The notes beneath the pieces were generated by a model. It ran no database searches and had not been told where the DNA came from. It was given only the letters and a program-made list of their open reading frames with translations. Both the position numbers and the translations under genes were made by a program. Positions 48,440 to 49,110 of a stretch of DNA of 49,110 bases are shown here, piece after piece (within the stretch, counting starts at the first letter, position 1; each line of letters starts with the position of its first letter). This DNA comes from Chiloscyllium plagiosum (Eukaryota): positions 85,015,702-85,064,811 of the forward strand of contig NC_057718.1 in the NCBI RefSeq assembly GCF_004010195.1, in the 5' to 3' direction.

Positions 48440-49110
48440 AAAGTCATTCGAGAGGTATTTAGGTGTTGGAGGTGATTTCCTCAAATTCCAGGAGCAGCAA
48501 TTAGTGTTTTATATGCTGTTGCATTGTTTTGGAACTTTGGCAAAAAAAGTCAAAACAACAGCAGTTTAAAAGGGAGAAGAGCAAAGGAAGCACATGGTGA
48601 GGACAGTGCAGGAGAGAGAGAGAGAGAGAACCTGCGCAGTTACTGCTTTGGTTGTTTTTGAATTCGTGTTTCGCTGGACATCGAAGTGCATCTGGGAAAA
48701 TTAACAAACAGTGAAATTCATAACTAATCTTGAAGGAACTGTTAGGTGAAGTTCACAGCACAGAATCGGATAAGTTAATTGTTGTTTTAAGTCTGTCCAG
48801 GAGAAAGGCTGCAGTAGTGAGTATAATGGATTCTTTCTTGAGTATATGCTTTTGGAGATAAGTCTCTTGATTAAACTTAAAATATAAGCCATAGCTATTA
48901 ACTTAACCTGGGGCAGTGTTTGTAGAGGAATAAGATGGTGTTATTTTCTGGGTCTGCAGATTGTGAAGGAGCAAATATGGCCTTTGCAGTGATATGTACT
49001 TCTTGTCAGATGTGGGAGTTTAAAGAGAATTTAAGGATGACTGCGGATTATATCTGCCATAAATGCTGTTGGATGCGAATCTTATCAGATCGAGTGGATC
49101 GGTTGGAGAG
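48440..49110 (+). mobile_element. 5' end of a CR1 LINE: 5' UTR plus start of ORF1 (ATG 48977, open to the window end)
   Basis: MAFAVICTSCQMWEFKENLRMTADYICHKCCWMRILSDRVDRLE matches the CR1 ORF1 CxxC..CxxC zinc finger followed by a coiled coil. The UTR start is approximate. Confidence 0.8.

Overview
Repeat-rich vertebrate genomic DNA. The repeat families (CR1, Penelope, DeuSINE-like and other tRNA SINEs) suggest a cartilaginous fish, probably a shark; this is an inference. The window lies inside one + strand gene, ABHD12 (lysophosphatidylserine/monoacylglycerol lipase). Five internal coding exons are recognisable: 18831-18960, 22832-22869, 27237-27316, 39038-39120 and 44116-44194 (130/38/80/83/79 bp, all AG..GT, frame-compatible). 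They include the GHSLG nucleophile and the HAEDD acid; the flanking exons were not found in the window. The introns hold decayed CR1, L2, RTE and other LINE fragments, SINEs, Tigger-like MITEs, probable solo LTRs and two assembly gaps. The most notable pattern is about 12 Penelope-like element (PLE) remnants, many reduced to short fold-back units. Where the structure is readable, these carry a minimal hammerhead-ribozyme motif (CUGANGA..GAAAC/GUH), 11-16 bp target-site duplications and a ~36-50 nt unpaired tail. The youngest (7157-7379) is a perfect 91-bp hairpin with an intact hammerhead core. Almost all ORFs in the supplied track are TE fragments or noise. Repeat boundaries are approximate, and family names come from recognition rather than database searches.
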